Positions 25,578 to 37,052 of a stretch of DNA of 64,000 bases are shown here, one piece after another (within the stretch, counting starts at the first letter, position 1; every line of letters begins with the position of its first letter). The stretch comes from Parasitella parasitica NRRL 2501 (taxonomy: Eukaryota; Fungi; Mucoromycota), in contig MU619258.1 of NCBI GenBank assembly GCA_025201805.1, positions 209,590 to 273,589 on the forward strand, given 5' to 3'. A program made the translations under genes and the position numbers. Below the pieces are notes generated by a model that saw nothing but the letters and a program-made list of their open reading frames with translations, did not search any database and had not been told where the DNA came from.

Positions 25578-27301
25578 TTAACATCTTCTATGAATAATGG
25601 ATTCACCAAACTCCTCGTACTCTTTTCGTGATATCCATAATTGATGAAAAGTGCCTAATGAAGCCAAGATAGAACCGCCCAACCAACTACTGCATTTCCG
25701 CTCAGTGGTATTACCAGCAGCATGAATCTTGATTTTACTCTGTGTAGAATTACAGTTAGTTATAGTGCATTAACTCACAGACGCCACTTACGCCAGGTGC
25801 TTTCAACGGCAGGTCGTTATTTAACCTCTCGTTAAATCCTCTAAATAATGTATTTCCGCCAGTGACAACCACATTGTTGAATAAAAGTGGGCGTAAATCA
25901 ATATCACAGTTGTTTATACTATTGTACACCATGTCGTGCACACCAACAAGCTTGTTTGTCTTTTCTTGATCATCCTGCATCGGTTCGTCCTTTTCCACCT
26001 CTTTTGATTTGTCTTTATGATCCTCTGGCTCTGCTTTGTCTTCAGTTTTGGTGGATTCAACATCGTATACGTCAGGCTGAAACAACATTTCAGGAAGCTT
26101 GAATCTTTCTATACCAAAAGAATGGTTAAATCCATCAGGGAACTCGAATGTCTTTTTAGACCTGGAGGACAAGGCCCTAATTACACAACTGAGTACATGG
26201 CACATGGTATTCAACCAACAGACTTACTCTTCTTCGAATGCTGTATCAGAAATTTGGCATATAGTTTCCTTGAATTCATTGAGAACTCTGTTGCTCTGAT
26301 AATCGTTAAACGTGTTTGTAATTCCTTCCAATTGACGAAGCTCGATTTCTGGAGGTTGATCCTTTTCCACTAGTTTCTTTTTGGCAATTCTATAATGAGG
26401 TGTAATTGTATAATTCAAGTCGACTTCAAGCTGTTGCTTAATTTTGTCCACGATACTATCACCCGCAAGAGGTTGATGTAAAATGCCCTTTTTCAACACA
26501 AATCCGTCGTATACTGGCACCGCACTTGTAATTCCTCCCCCTGAATCAAGGACTAAGGCTGTAGCTCTTCCTACAGAGAACCTAAAGCAAGCATGTCAGT
26601 CAAACGACCTCCAGGTTCCGCCTCTTTGTTACATACGCTGTCATTACTGCATCAGGTGCGAGGTAGAATGCTGGGAAGTCGAATTTTTCGAATGCTAGCT
26701 GCATTGTCTTTTGTCTGTTTTCTGGTGTATTCCAAGCAACTTCGGTACATAATAATGGATGATTACGAGGCTCAATTCGAAGCATTTTGTTAAAGGTTGC
26801 ATCCCATATATGTTCCATAGCGTCCCAATCTTCCACTGATTTTATGTCATTAGCTGCATGATGCTTCAATTAGACTTTTTATTTACCTAGACCATTTTTC
26901 AACGGGCTCTTTATTTGCATGTTGCTTTTAAATGTATTGATTTTATTGTCACCAACGTAATATTTCCTAGTGGTTTTGGTGGTAATTTGTTGCTGTGGTT
27001 GCTGTGGTTGCTGTGGTTGCTGTGTTAATTCAGGTTGATCTGATGCCTCTGACATGATAGTGTCTTCTCTGCTTGTTTGTTCCGTAGGTTGTGCGGCCAC
27101 TTCTTCTTCAATATCTACATAGCCAAAGCTAGTAGGGAACATGACGCGAGGCGTATCTTCACCTGCATAACCCGCACGCGTCATGGTGGAACCCATGTCA
27201 AAAACAAGGGCATTTACTTCATCTAGTGATAGTACAGAATCTTGGTTAGATCAACTGTTTACTACATGGTTTGTCACATCACCTCCTCCATAAGCAACCA
27301 T
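25578..27301 (-). CDS. ARP4: Nuclear actin-related protein Arp4/ACTL6
   Basis: [53 protein letters not shown] and [25 protein letters not shown]. Confidence 0.92.
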
Positions 27302-27537
27302 TATGTAATTTACTGACTTGAAAGAGTCTTTTGCGATTAAAAGAGCTTTAAAGAAAATTCTTGAGGACAGGTTGTGTGCATTTAGGGTAGGAGATGTGTA
27401 AGATTTACTGATTATATTAGCATTGTATTCCTACAAACCGTCCGTACACAAGCAGAAGTTTCTTTTATTAAAAAAAAAAAAAGTATGTATTTACAAGCAA
27501 GAAGAGAATATGTGTTGAATCACATATGTAGATATAT

Positions 27538-29313
27538 TTAAACGTCTACCTTACGCTCCTCACCAATACTGCGAGCAGTACCAGCAGCCAATTCGCTTTC
27601 CCATTCTAATTGTTTGTTAATTGCACCAAGGTAAGCTTTAGCAGCAGCAGTAATGATATCTACATCAGCAATACTAGCAGCAAATGCAGCTTTGGCTACA
27701 CGCTCGTCTTGAGAGACCTTTTCATCAATGGAAGCGGGATCAGCCATGACCTGAATTTCAGCTTTGCCCAAGGCGTCGCTACCTTCACCAACAGCGCTGA
27801 TGTCAAACTTGGTAAGACGGAAACGACGACCTACACTGCGTTGAATGGCTTCAAAGATAGCATCCACAGGACCATTAACACCAACAGCAGCATCTCCAAT
27901 TTCCTTTTCAGCCTTGACATCGAAAAGCTTGACACTAGCCATGGAAGTTGAAGCGGCACCGCCCACCACTTGAGTAGAAACAAGTGTGTAGAACGCGCTA
28001 GTGGCATTAGAGCTGATTTGGTTACTGAGAATTGCGAGGATATCAGCATCATTGACGTTTTTCTTCTTATCGCAGAGAGCCTTGAATTCATCAAAAGCAA
28101 CTTGGAAATCATTATCGGTAATATCACCGAAACCAAGGTCCTTACATCTTTCACGGAAGGCATTACGGCCTGAATGCTTACCAAGAACAAGGTTGATATC
28201 AGTGACGCCCACAGATTCAGGGGTAATGATTTCGTAAGTTTGACGGTTCTTGAGGACACCATCTTGATGAATGCCAGATTCGTGAAGGAAGGCATTACGG
28301 CCTACAATAGCCTTGTTGGGTTGCACCATCATGCCAGATAAAGAAGAAACCATCTGAGAGGTACGGTAAATCATGGTAGTGTTGATGGTATGGTGGACAG
28401 GGAAAAAGTTGGGGTGAGTGTGGATAGCCATCACTACCTCCTCCATTGCTGTATTACCAGCACGTTCACCAATACCGTTAATTGTCACCTCAACTTGACG
28501 GGCACCATTGCAAATACCAGCAAGAGTATTAGCAGTAGCCAAGCCAAGATCGTTATGACAATGAGTCGAGAAAATAGCTTTTTCTGCGCCAGGAGTGTTT
28601 TGCACAAGGTATTTGATTAAATTGCCATATTCTTCAGGCATATTGTAACCCACAGTATCAGGGATATTAAGAGTAGTGGCACCTGCCGCAATCACTTTAC
28701 CAAGTACTTGACAAAGGAAGTCAGGGTCTGAGCGGCCAGCGTCTTCAGGAGAAAATTCGACATCATCAACAAAAGAACGGGCTAAAGTGACAGCAGCAAC
28801 AGCACGCTTAATGCATTCCTCACGATCAATTTTGAGTTTGTACTTAAGATGGAGATCAGATGTAGCAAGGAAAACATGGATACGCTTACGAGGAGCCGAC
28901 GCAATAGCTTCGGCACAGCGTTTGATGTCACCAGGAGTAGAGCGAGCAAGACCGCAAATTGTCTGGAGGACAGTTTAGAATTTGAGTGCGATTTGACGTG
29001 CAGAAAAACTTACCATGGGATGCCCAATCTTTTCTCTTCCCTCCATCAAGGGACCAACTTCTTTAGCAATACGTTGAACAGCTTCGAAATCGCCTACTGA
29101 AGCAATGGGGAAACCAGCCTCAAGGACGTCGACACCAAGGCGAGAGAGTGTCTTTGCAATTTCAATTTTTTCATCTGTGTTCAAAGTGACACCAGGAGAC
29201 TACATGTCGAGTGTTTAGCATTGATGCACTCAATTCAATTATCTGTCTATCGTCTTTACCTGTTCACCATCACGGAGCGTGGTATCGAAAATAATGAGCT
29301 TATCAGTAGACAT
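27538..29313 (-). CDS. leuA: 2-isopropylmalate synthase (E. coli/plant LeuA type) with C-terminal regulatory domain; 2 introns
   Basis: [67 protein letters not shown] and NGPVDA. Confidence 0.93.
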
Positions 29314-29959
29314 TTTGTAAAGTTTCTTAGTGAAGAAGAAAAGTAATAGAGAAGAAAAAAAGAAAAACAAAGTTTTATTTAATAGGTATCCATCAGAAGA
29401 AAGTATAGGCTATGACCAATTTGGTACATTGGGCCAATCAAAAAAATTGATCTGCTTAAACAATATTACATTTAGCCAATCATGTAGAAAGCATCGCATA
29501 AGTCATAGTGTTACAAGCACAGTTGATTTGTTGGCTTCTGTAAAAAAAATCCTCTTCAAACATTGCATGTATGGTCGCTGTATCGATCAATTCCATAATA
29601 AAACCTCTTGCAAAGCTTGTTCTAACAACCAGTGATCCAAGCTCGAAAAAGTGTCCGATTTCTTGGAGTAAAGCCAGAGCACCAAAGCTTTCTTTTATGT
29701 GCCTCTTGAAATACCGATATCCGAGAATCCAGAAACCTCCAACAGTGACAGCTCTGCAGTCTCTCAACTCTTCATCATGGTGAGTTGGATATAGATTCAT
29801 AAAGTGTTACATTGCTACTTTATGAAAACCACTAAATGCAAATAAGATGAGCTCACAGCTTAAAGCTTCATTTAGAACGATTATAGACTCATTGGAAAAA
29901 GGGAATAATAGTTTATAATAGTATTATCATGTATATCTATCTGTAAAGTCCCAAAAAGT

Positions 29960-31410
29960 TTACTCATCCCGGGATAAAAGTGGAGCACGTTCATTTTCAC
30001 CTTCTTGTTCCTCGTCAGCAACAAATGGCCACTTGAGTACGCCATTAAAGTAAAAGGTACCTGTAACCATTGTGGCAAAGCCGATAACCTGAATCCAAGA
30101 GAAATGCTCCCAGCCCAAGGACAATGATACCATCCAAATAAACAATGTTCTGAGTATGCGTCAGCCATATGATAATATCCAAACATTTTGGTGTTTATAT
30201 CCTTACCTGCATGCATCAATTGTGCTTCTTGCAGTTGCTGATACAGTTGAAGTGATAGACAGACCAAACCAATTGAAAAAAGCGATAGAGATACTGATAG
30301 CTAAACCGGTTTGCCAGACAAGGGCATGATCAAAAAAGTCGTGATAACCTTGAACGATATCAAACGAAGGATGAGTTTTACCCAGGAGGACATGAAGGAT
30401 TGGCATGGCAGCCAAAACTGAGATGAGACCAAATGAGCCTTCCAGACCAACTGCCTTCAAGGGTGTCACTTTGTAACGCACCAAAATCTTTTCTTCGATG
30501 ACAAATTGAGAAGCAGTGAACAGCTGAGCTCCCAAAACCAGGCAAACGCCCAATAAAGAAGAATAATCGAATGAATCGCTACCAAGCACTGTCTCGTCAG
30601 GCTTTTTTTGTGGGAATAAAACCGAAGATAACCCTACAATACTCACACCAGCAACTACCATAACCAACGAGACCCATTCAAATGCTCGTAGACGACGATT
30701 TAAGAATAGATAACTAAATAGGCCTGTAAAAATGACAACTGCTCCTCTCAGCATTTGGTATATGCTTGCTGACGTTAAAATCAAACCAACATTCATGACC
30801 TACAGCAAACCGATTAGCAGGCTGAAAATGAAGGGAACGCAAAAACTTACTGTAGTCGCGGTTAAATCACACAATGTAGGAATCCAAAATAAAAGGGCTT
30901 TCCATCCTTTTAATTCTGGAAGGTCATCCTCAATTTTGCTTATATGCTGGTCTACATCATCTACGATAGCCGCAGCGTCTAGTTGATTTACAGCTGAAGG
31001 TGGTGCAGCCGAAATCTTAGACTGCTTGTATTGATATTTTTGATAAAGATAGACACTCCAGACAGCAAATTCACCAACAAACATATTCAATCTACATGCA
31101 GCAAATATCAGCTTGTATCTCAATGTAATCATACGAAGAGAACAAAAAAAAACCTACGTTTGCCAAATAGGCTGTTCAAAATAAGCTCTTTTCTTGGGAT
31201 CAGGGTCATCGCAGTTATCAACACATTGCATATCTTGGAATTTGTTGAGGATAGTGTTGCACACACCTAATGACACAGCATCAATACCTCTCTTTTTGTA
31301 GTAGCCAATACAAAACCAGACTTACCTGAAATAAGCATACCTACTACCAGTATAAGGGTAGTAGATTTGCCTATGGATGAGGCAGACGAAGAACTAGGAT
31401 TACTTGGCAT
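29960..31410 (-). CDS. SLC35F6-like DMT/nucleotide-sugar transporter family protein
   Basis: GVCNTILNKFQD, FEQPIWQT, PTLCDLTAT, SIYQMLRG, VGLEGSFG and SATARSTIDACR. Acidic dileucine-like C-terminus ENERAPLL. Confidence 0.88.
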
Positions 31411-32491
31411 AGATTCAATAAAAAAAAATACGATAAAGGAGATAAAAAGATGAATAGGAGTTGCTTATTAAAATATGGCATAAATTTACATTGTAGTGAC
31501 TGGACGATCATGTGTTTTGTTGTTTTACGTTTGATCATGAGGTGCACCGCAAAATAATACTCTTGGGTATGTGTTCGTCAATTAAGGACCTTATACTCAT
31601 CAATACCAACATGCGTTATGTGCGCCAAAATCATATATTTCCGAGATACCATTATCTCTAATCATGAAGATCATTACTTCCTGTTATCAAACATCATGGG
31701 AGTTTTGTACCTAGCATAAAAGAATTTTTACCTTATTTAGATGCAGTCAACAAAGATTGGTCCTCAATGCTTTTACGATAATCACGATTGACTATTTAGT
31801 CCTTCTTCTGCTAGGTTTACAGGGCCTTCATTGCATTATGACATTTTTTGAGAAAACTTTGCGCTTTAATAACCTCAAAAGCGCAAAATGACATTTAGCA
31901 CTGGAATATGAAACTTTATACTTGAATATGATGTGTACGTCTTTTACAACAACATAATATTCGTCATCTAGATGATCTTTAGTAATTTCTGTTGCATCCA
32001 TGGAATACAATACGATGGTTACCGTAATTTTAACTACATTGTCGTGGCAACTATTCCTGTTCAGATTCAAGTTTAAATGTCGCCGGTAATTCTATAACAA
32101 ATAGATTAGTCATGATATGTCTTGTTTACAGGAAAACATCTAAATTACGAAGCTTAATTTATTGACGAATGATTCAAATTCAAAGTGATTAACTGATTAA
32201 ACATGAATAAGTTTTGCTCTGACTAGTGTTGTGTCATAATTTTGTTTAATAATTAAATGCCACATAAGATCTGATTGTATTCATATATCGACTCTTATGG
32301 ACGTATTCTATATGAATAGACAAGTTCTTACGAACAAATAATATTATTATATATTAATATGGTATCTGGTATCTGGTAAATTAATAGTCTTCATTACTTT
32401 CTCATTTCTGTTGATAGCTTTACCAATATTTTCATTGATAGAAATGCTTTCATTCCGCCGACTTGTCGCTACGTTTTACAGGTACTGTTTT

Positions 32492-33202
32492 TTTTAGTAG
32501 AAGTGATGAGCAAATACTTGAAATTATAAAAATCAAACATATTGTTGTGATTGACTGCAATAACATTGACCTTTTACTGTCAGCACATTGTCTATTCGAA
32601 CTGGAATATATTTCAAGATCTTACATTCTATTCCTCAGATGATTCATAATGATTTGATATCTGTTTTGGAATAGACGGGAATAATATTTATTACAACAAA
32701 TATACTTTCATTTGCACTAGTATCATAAAAATTCTGAACAATTTAGGAAAACTCTTCAAAAGAGGATACGAAAAACAATCACGTGATATAACATTTCAAA
32801 TTCCGACACCAAAAACGCGAAGGTGTTTTTGCAGATAACTTTTGATAGAGACATCACTCAGTGGAAATCAAGTTATGCTCAGATAGCGATGATCATGCCT
32901 GGTTTTATGGCGCATAAGACAGTGTTTATTTTGCTCTTTATGGAAGCCTATCATTGATTATATGCAATTCTGATATGTAAATTTGTGATATCATCTGATA
33001 ACTTTATAGATATCCATAAAAACATGGATGCCAATGTTGTTGCCAGATAGCGCCTAGTCAACCCTAAGTTTTCCAAGTTAGATCTCGGTTCTACGGTCAT
33101 TTTAGCAGAAGTTATGAGCAAATATCTGATATTTATGATAAATATTGAAAAATAAAACTGTTTTTGCAGATAACCTTTGGTGGGGACATCGCCTAGTGAA
33201 AT
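32492..33202. repeat. Diverged dispersed direct repeats (probable non-autonomous TE remnant)
   Basis: TGTTTTTGCAGATAAC..GACATC..AGTG at 32824-32868 and 33159-33202. TTTTAG(T/C)AGAAGT(G/T)ATGAGCAAATA at 32492 and 33100. Confidence 0.55.
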
Positions 33203-34212
33203 GCCTGTAAATTTAGGTTTACGGTTGTTTGATAACTAATTGGTTTTAAACATATTTGAATTGTTTTATTGAATCCACTCATGTAAACTTGGTCAATGTA
33301 AGTAAACAACTTTTACTGTAAGTCAATAAAAAATTTCTTATTCTGTATTTAGTAAATTAGCAACTTTTAAAAAATTTTCTCTTTTTTTTTTTAGCTTATT
33401 TAACATCTGCTGTACCCTTTTCAAGGCCACTTGACGCAACGGTAATGATTCTTTTTACAATAACACAATAATCCGATTGAGTCCGTCCATTGTTGCCCTC
33501 TTTTTCTCTCATGAGCGGCATACACAAATGCCTTTTTTTAATCTCGTTTATGGGAACCGTAAAGCTGCAAAAATAAAAAAACATTGTTTGGTATTATTCT
33601 TAAATGATCTGCTGAGTAACTTTTTATGAGGTGCAGATGTCAACATTGACCTGAAAGTCAATTGATTTTGTGGCCGCAAACTAACTCATAACTTAATAAC
33701 TTTTTATTTAAATCAAAAAATCAACTATGACTTATTCCACAACCTTAATGAGGCTTACAAAAGAAAAATTACTGCTTGACTACATGTTTTCGAGCCGCAC
33801 TGCAAATGTAAAATAAATAGGTCTAATGTAATCCTGAAAACCACAGCAAACGAAAAGCTAAAGTTGGGTAAACGAACCAGTCCATTAAGCATATTAATAG
33901 TAATGAGGTGTAAGAAGCTCTGAATTCATGCAGCTTGATTAAACATTCTATTTCACTTCGAAGAACAGCTGCAAGCAGAGAGCTCTGTGTAGCGAAGCAA
34001 AGCCGCAAAAATTGCTTCGACCATCTGAATAAAAATTACTATAATGGAGAAGTGACACGATTAACGTCTTTTGATGCTGTAACGGTGATATTATTCTCCA
34101 TAATTTTTTTTTTTCAAAATAGTGTTTCATTTACAATAATATTATATAGGATCACATTAATTATACTCCAAATGGTGATAAATGAGACCTTACACACGAA
34201 GTGGTTTTTGTT

Positions 34213-34250
<38 letters not shown>

Positions 34251-34576
34251 CAAGTTCTTATAACATTCAAGAAAATAATATTCAAATGAATAAAATTTAT
34301 GGTACAGAACATTAGTTAACAGCTCTCCTTGCTGCAATATACTAGGTCTACTGATTGGTTTAAGCGACAGTTTATATCAAACTTTTTGGCCATATCAGCG
34401 TTTAATCCCTGCACAGGAGAACAGGCGACCCTCTCAGATTCACACATGCAATACCCGGGCGCAATATTGACTGGAAAAGAAATATTTTTGCTCCTTCATC
34501 TCTCGCAACATTCCTCCTCTCCCTTTTCTCTTTTTCCTTGATAAACATATATCACAAATAAATTCACTAATTTAAA

Positions 34577-35294
34577 ATGTCTAAAGAAGAAAGGGTAAGT
34601 GAGAGCTTGATTTTGTAAATCAATCAAATATAACGCGCCTGAAATTTAAAGGGGACTAATGTGATAAATTCGCGTCGCCTGTGTGATTGTTGATAGGTTA
34701 AGATGGTTATTGCCAACATTACTGAAAATCTTACAGAGCTCGCTGAAATTCTACTGTCCACCAATACAGCTGCACCTGTCGATGAAAACAAAAGAAAGCG
34801 TCCAAAAGATCCCAATGCACCCAAACAGCCTCTTTCCAAATTCTTACTGTTTTCTAATTCCATCAGAGATGACGTTGATAAGGAATATCCGGATGCTACT
34901 TTCACTGAAAAATCAAAGATCTTTGGTGCTAAATGGAGAGAGTTAACTGATGAACAGAAAAAGGTAGACTTTGGGGGGAGGGGGGGGGATTAAGCTGAAC
35001 ACTGGCGACTCATCACTTCCTATGTAATAGCCCTTCACTGAACAGGCAGATAAAGAGAAAGAGATATACCTTAGAAAAAAGGCTGCTTATGACAAAGCAC
35101 ACCCTGATTTTGCGCAATTCTCTGAAAAAAGAGCTAAAAAAGAAGTACCCAACAAGGAAAAACCATCCCCAAAGAAAGCTAACACTGCTCATATTGCTGA
35201 TGCAGTTTCGTCCTCTTCAGCATCATCCTCTGATTCCAGTTCAGACTCGGATTCCGAATCCGACCGCGACTCATCATCAGATGATAGTGATTAA
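34577..35294 (+). CDS. HMGB/Nhp6-Hmo1-type single HMG-box protein with Ser/Asp-rich tail; 2 introns
   Basis: KRPKDPNAPKQPLSKFLLF..GAKWRELTDEQKK/PFTEQADKEKEIY, followed by the acidic tail SSSDSSSDSDSESD. Confidence 0.88.
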
Positions 35295-35357
35295 CATGCC
35301 AAACTAAACGAGTCGTCAACATAAAATAAAAAGATCAATATTTTTATTAATGCTTCA

Positions 35358-37052
35358 TCATTTATTGCGTTTATTTGGTGGTGTTTCTTCTAACTGTTGT
35401 TCTTCAGAAAAAGAAGCTGATCTCTTGTTAATTTTTGTGGTTTGCTGTTGCTTTTCATCTTCATCGGGAATTTCAGGCATCAAGAGGGAGCCGTCGCCTG
35501 GGTACTTGTAAACAGTTGGGCCGGATGATGATTGTTCCGCATGATTATTTTCAGCAGCATTTTTGTTTTGTTCATACTACATCCAATGCCGGTTAATATA
35601 AAGACATTAAGGTAGTATTAAAATAGTACCTTGTCAAGTGCTGGCTTGTCCATTGAATCCAAAATCATCTGTATAAATTCACCCATACTTTTCTCAAATG
35701 TCTGTAAGGGAAATCGTTGTGCCAATTTTTCAAAATGAGTCTGAAGATCGACACCTTCAACTACCAAAAACTGGCAAAAAAAAAGCCCTGTCAATGCCTC
35801 TTGTCATATAAAGAAATCGCATGTAAACTCACATCCTTCTCTCTTTCTCTCACTTGTGTCTTGAACAAATACATTGTGCGAGTTTTTGGAAATAATAAAT
35901 GATGATCTGCAGCACGGATTCCCCACTCATCAATTTCTTGTTCATGAGGCTCATCATCATCGTCATCGTCAGAATCCTCTTCATCTTCGTGCTCTTCATC
36001 TTCTACATCGCCATATGAAAAAATTTCAAAAATAGGCTCAAGACCGGCTTGTGTATCGCACAAATAACTTTCAATGGCTGCCTGTGTTAATAATTCCAGG
36101 AACAAATCGTACCAACGTGGAGGCATTCCTCCTCCCATAACCTTTTGTCCAGCAAACATCATAGGTTTAGCATCTCCTCCGTCTTCACGCTCCAATGCTC
36201 GTCTTAACATGTCCGCACTAGTTCTTAGGAACGTAGGAATAGCTTCGATAAGACCGGCTGGTGGTGTAGGTGGTGAGATATTTGCTAAATCCAGTGTTTT
36301 AAATGACTGTGTTGTTTCTCCTTCGTGATCGTCGTGGTGCTCTTCCTCCAATTTGTGTAATTTATCCATCAGCATGGCATTGGTAGGCTTGTCTTTAAGG
36401 TAAGGTGATCGACAGCCATAACAACTTTGAATTCGATGTCTTCTGCAAAAAGGCGGTAAAATGGGCTGTGCAAATATGTGTTGACGGCGCTTAATATCAC
36501 AAGGTTCGTCATGGATGTCTGTTTCTATGACAACCGCCATGTGAGTTTCGTGTCGTCTCCTTCTTGCTGAGCTGTGTGCAATAACATGCTGGCCTGTTGA
36601 TAAGGCATCAAAACGGCCAAATACGAGATTTGTCAATTGGCAGAGATGAAGTCTTTGCTCAAAATTAGAATCGATGCGAAATGATGGGGTTCGGTTGCAA
36701 TGACTGGACAAAATGCCTGTTGTTTGTAGTCAGCGAGAAAGATACTCAAATTAGATGGTCGTTATTTACCCGCCACAATGGATTCTACTGCATTTTTATC
36801 TTGTTCTGCCTTAGATGCCGAGTCCTCCCATCTCTGCTTGCGAATCTCTAATGCAGAGTTGTCCTCCTTTGATTGAGGCAATGGCATAGAAAGCTCCAAT
36901 AATTCCACACGTGCTTGCTTCAATCTTGATTGGATTGAAAGGTAAAGCAGATAATCCAAAATGATTTTGTTTGTTGATTGAGAGGTTGGACCGGATGAAG
37001 TGTTTACATATTTTTGATCGTTCGCTGTAAAAACAAATTTACTCCCTTTCAT
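35358..37052 (-). CDS. Hypothetical protein (multi-exon)
   Basis: Spliceable ORFs 36762-37052 and 35791-36711 plus short exons to TGA at 35358-35360. Contains ILDYLLY, a C..H...CYGC block and WYDLFLELLTQAAIESYL. Confidence 0.7.

Noticed and set aside
29960-35294. Transporter next to an HMG-box gene resembling the Mucorales sex locus (tptA-sexM/P-rnhA)
   Set aside because: The HMG is HMGB/Nhp6-type (KDPNAPK, acidic tail, introns) rather than SexM/SexP. The transporter is SLC35F6-like, and there is no RNA helicase on the other side.
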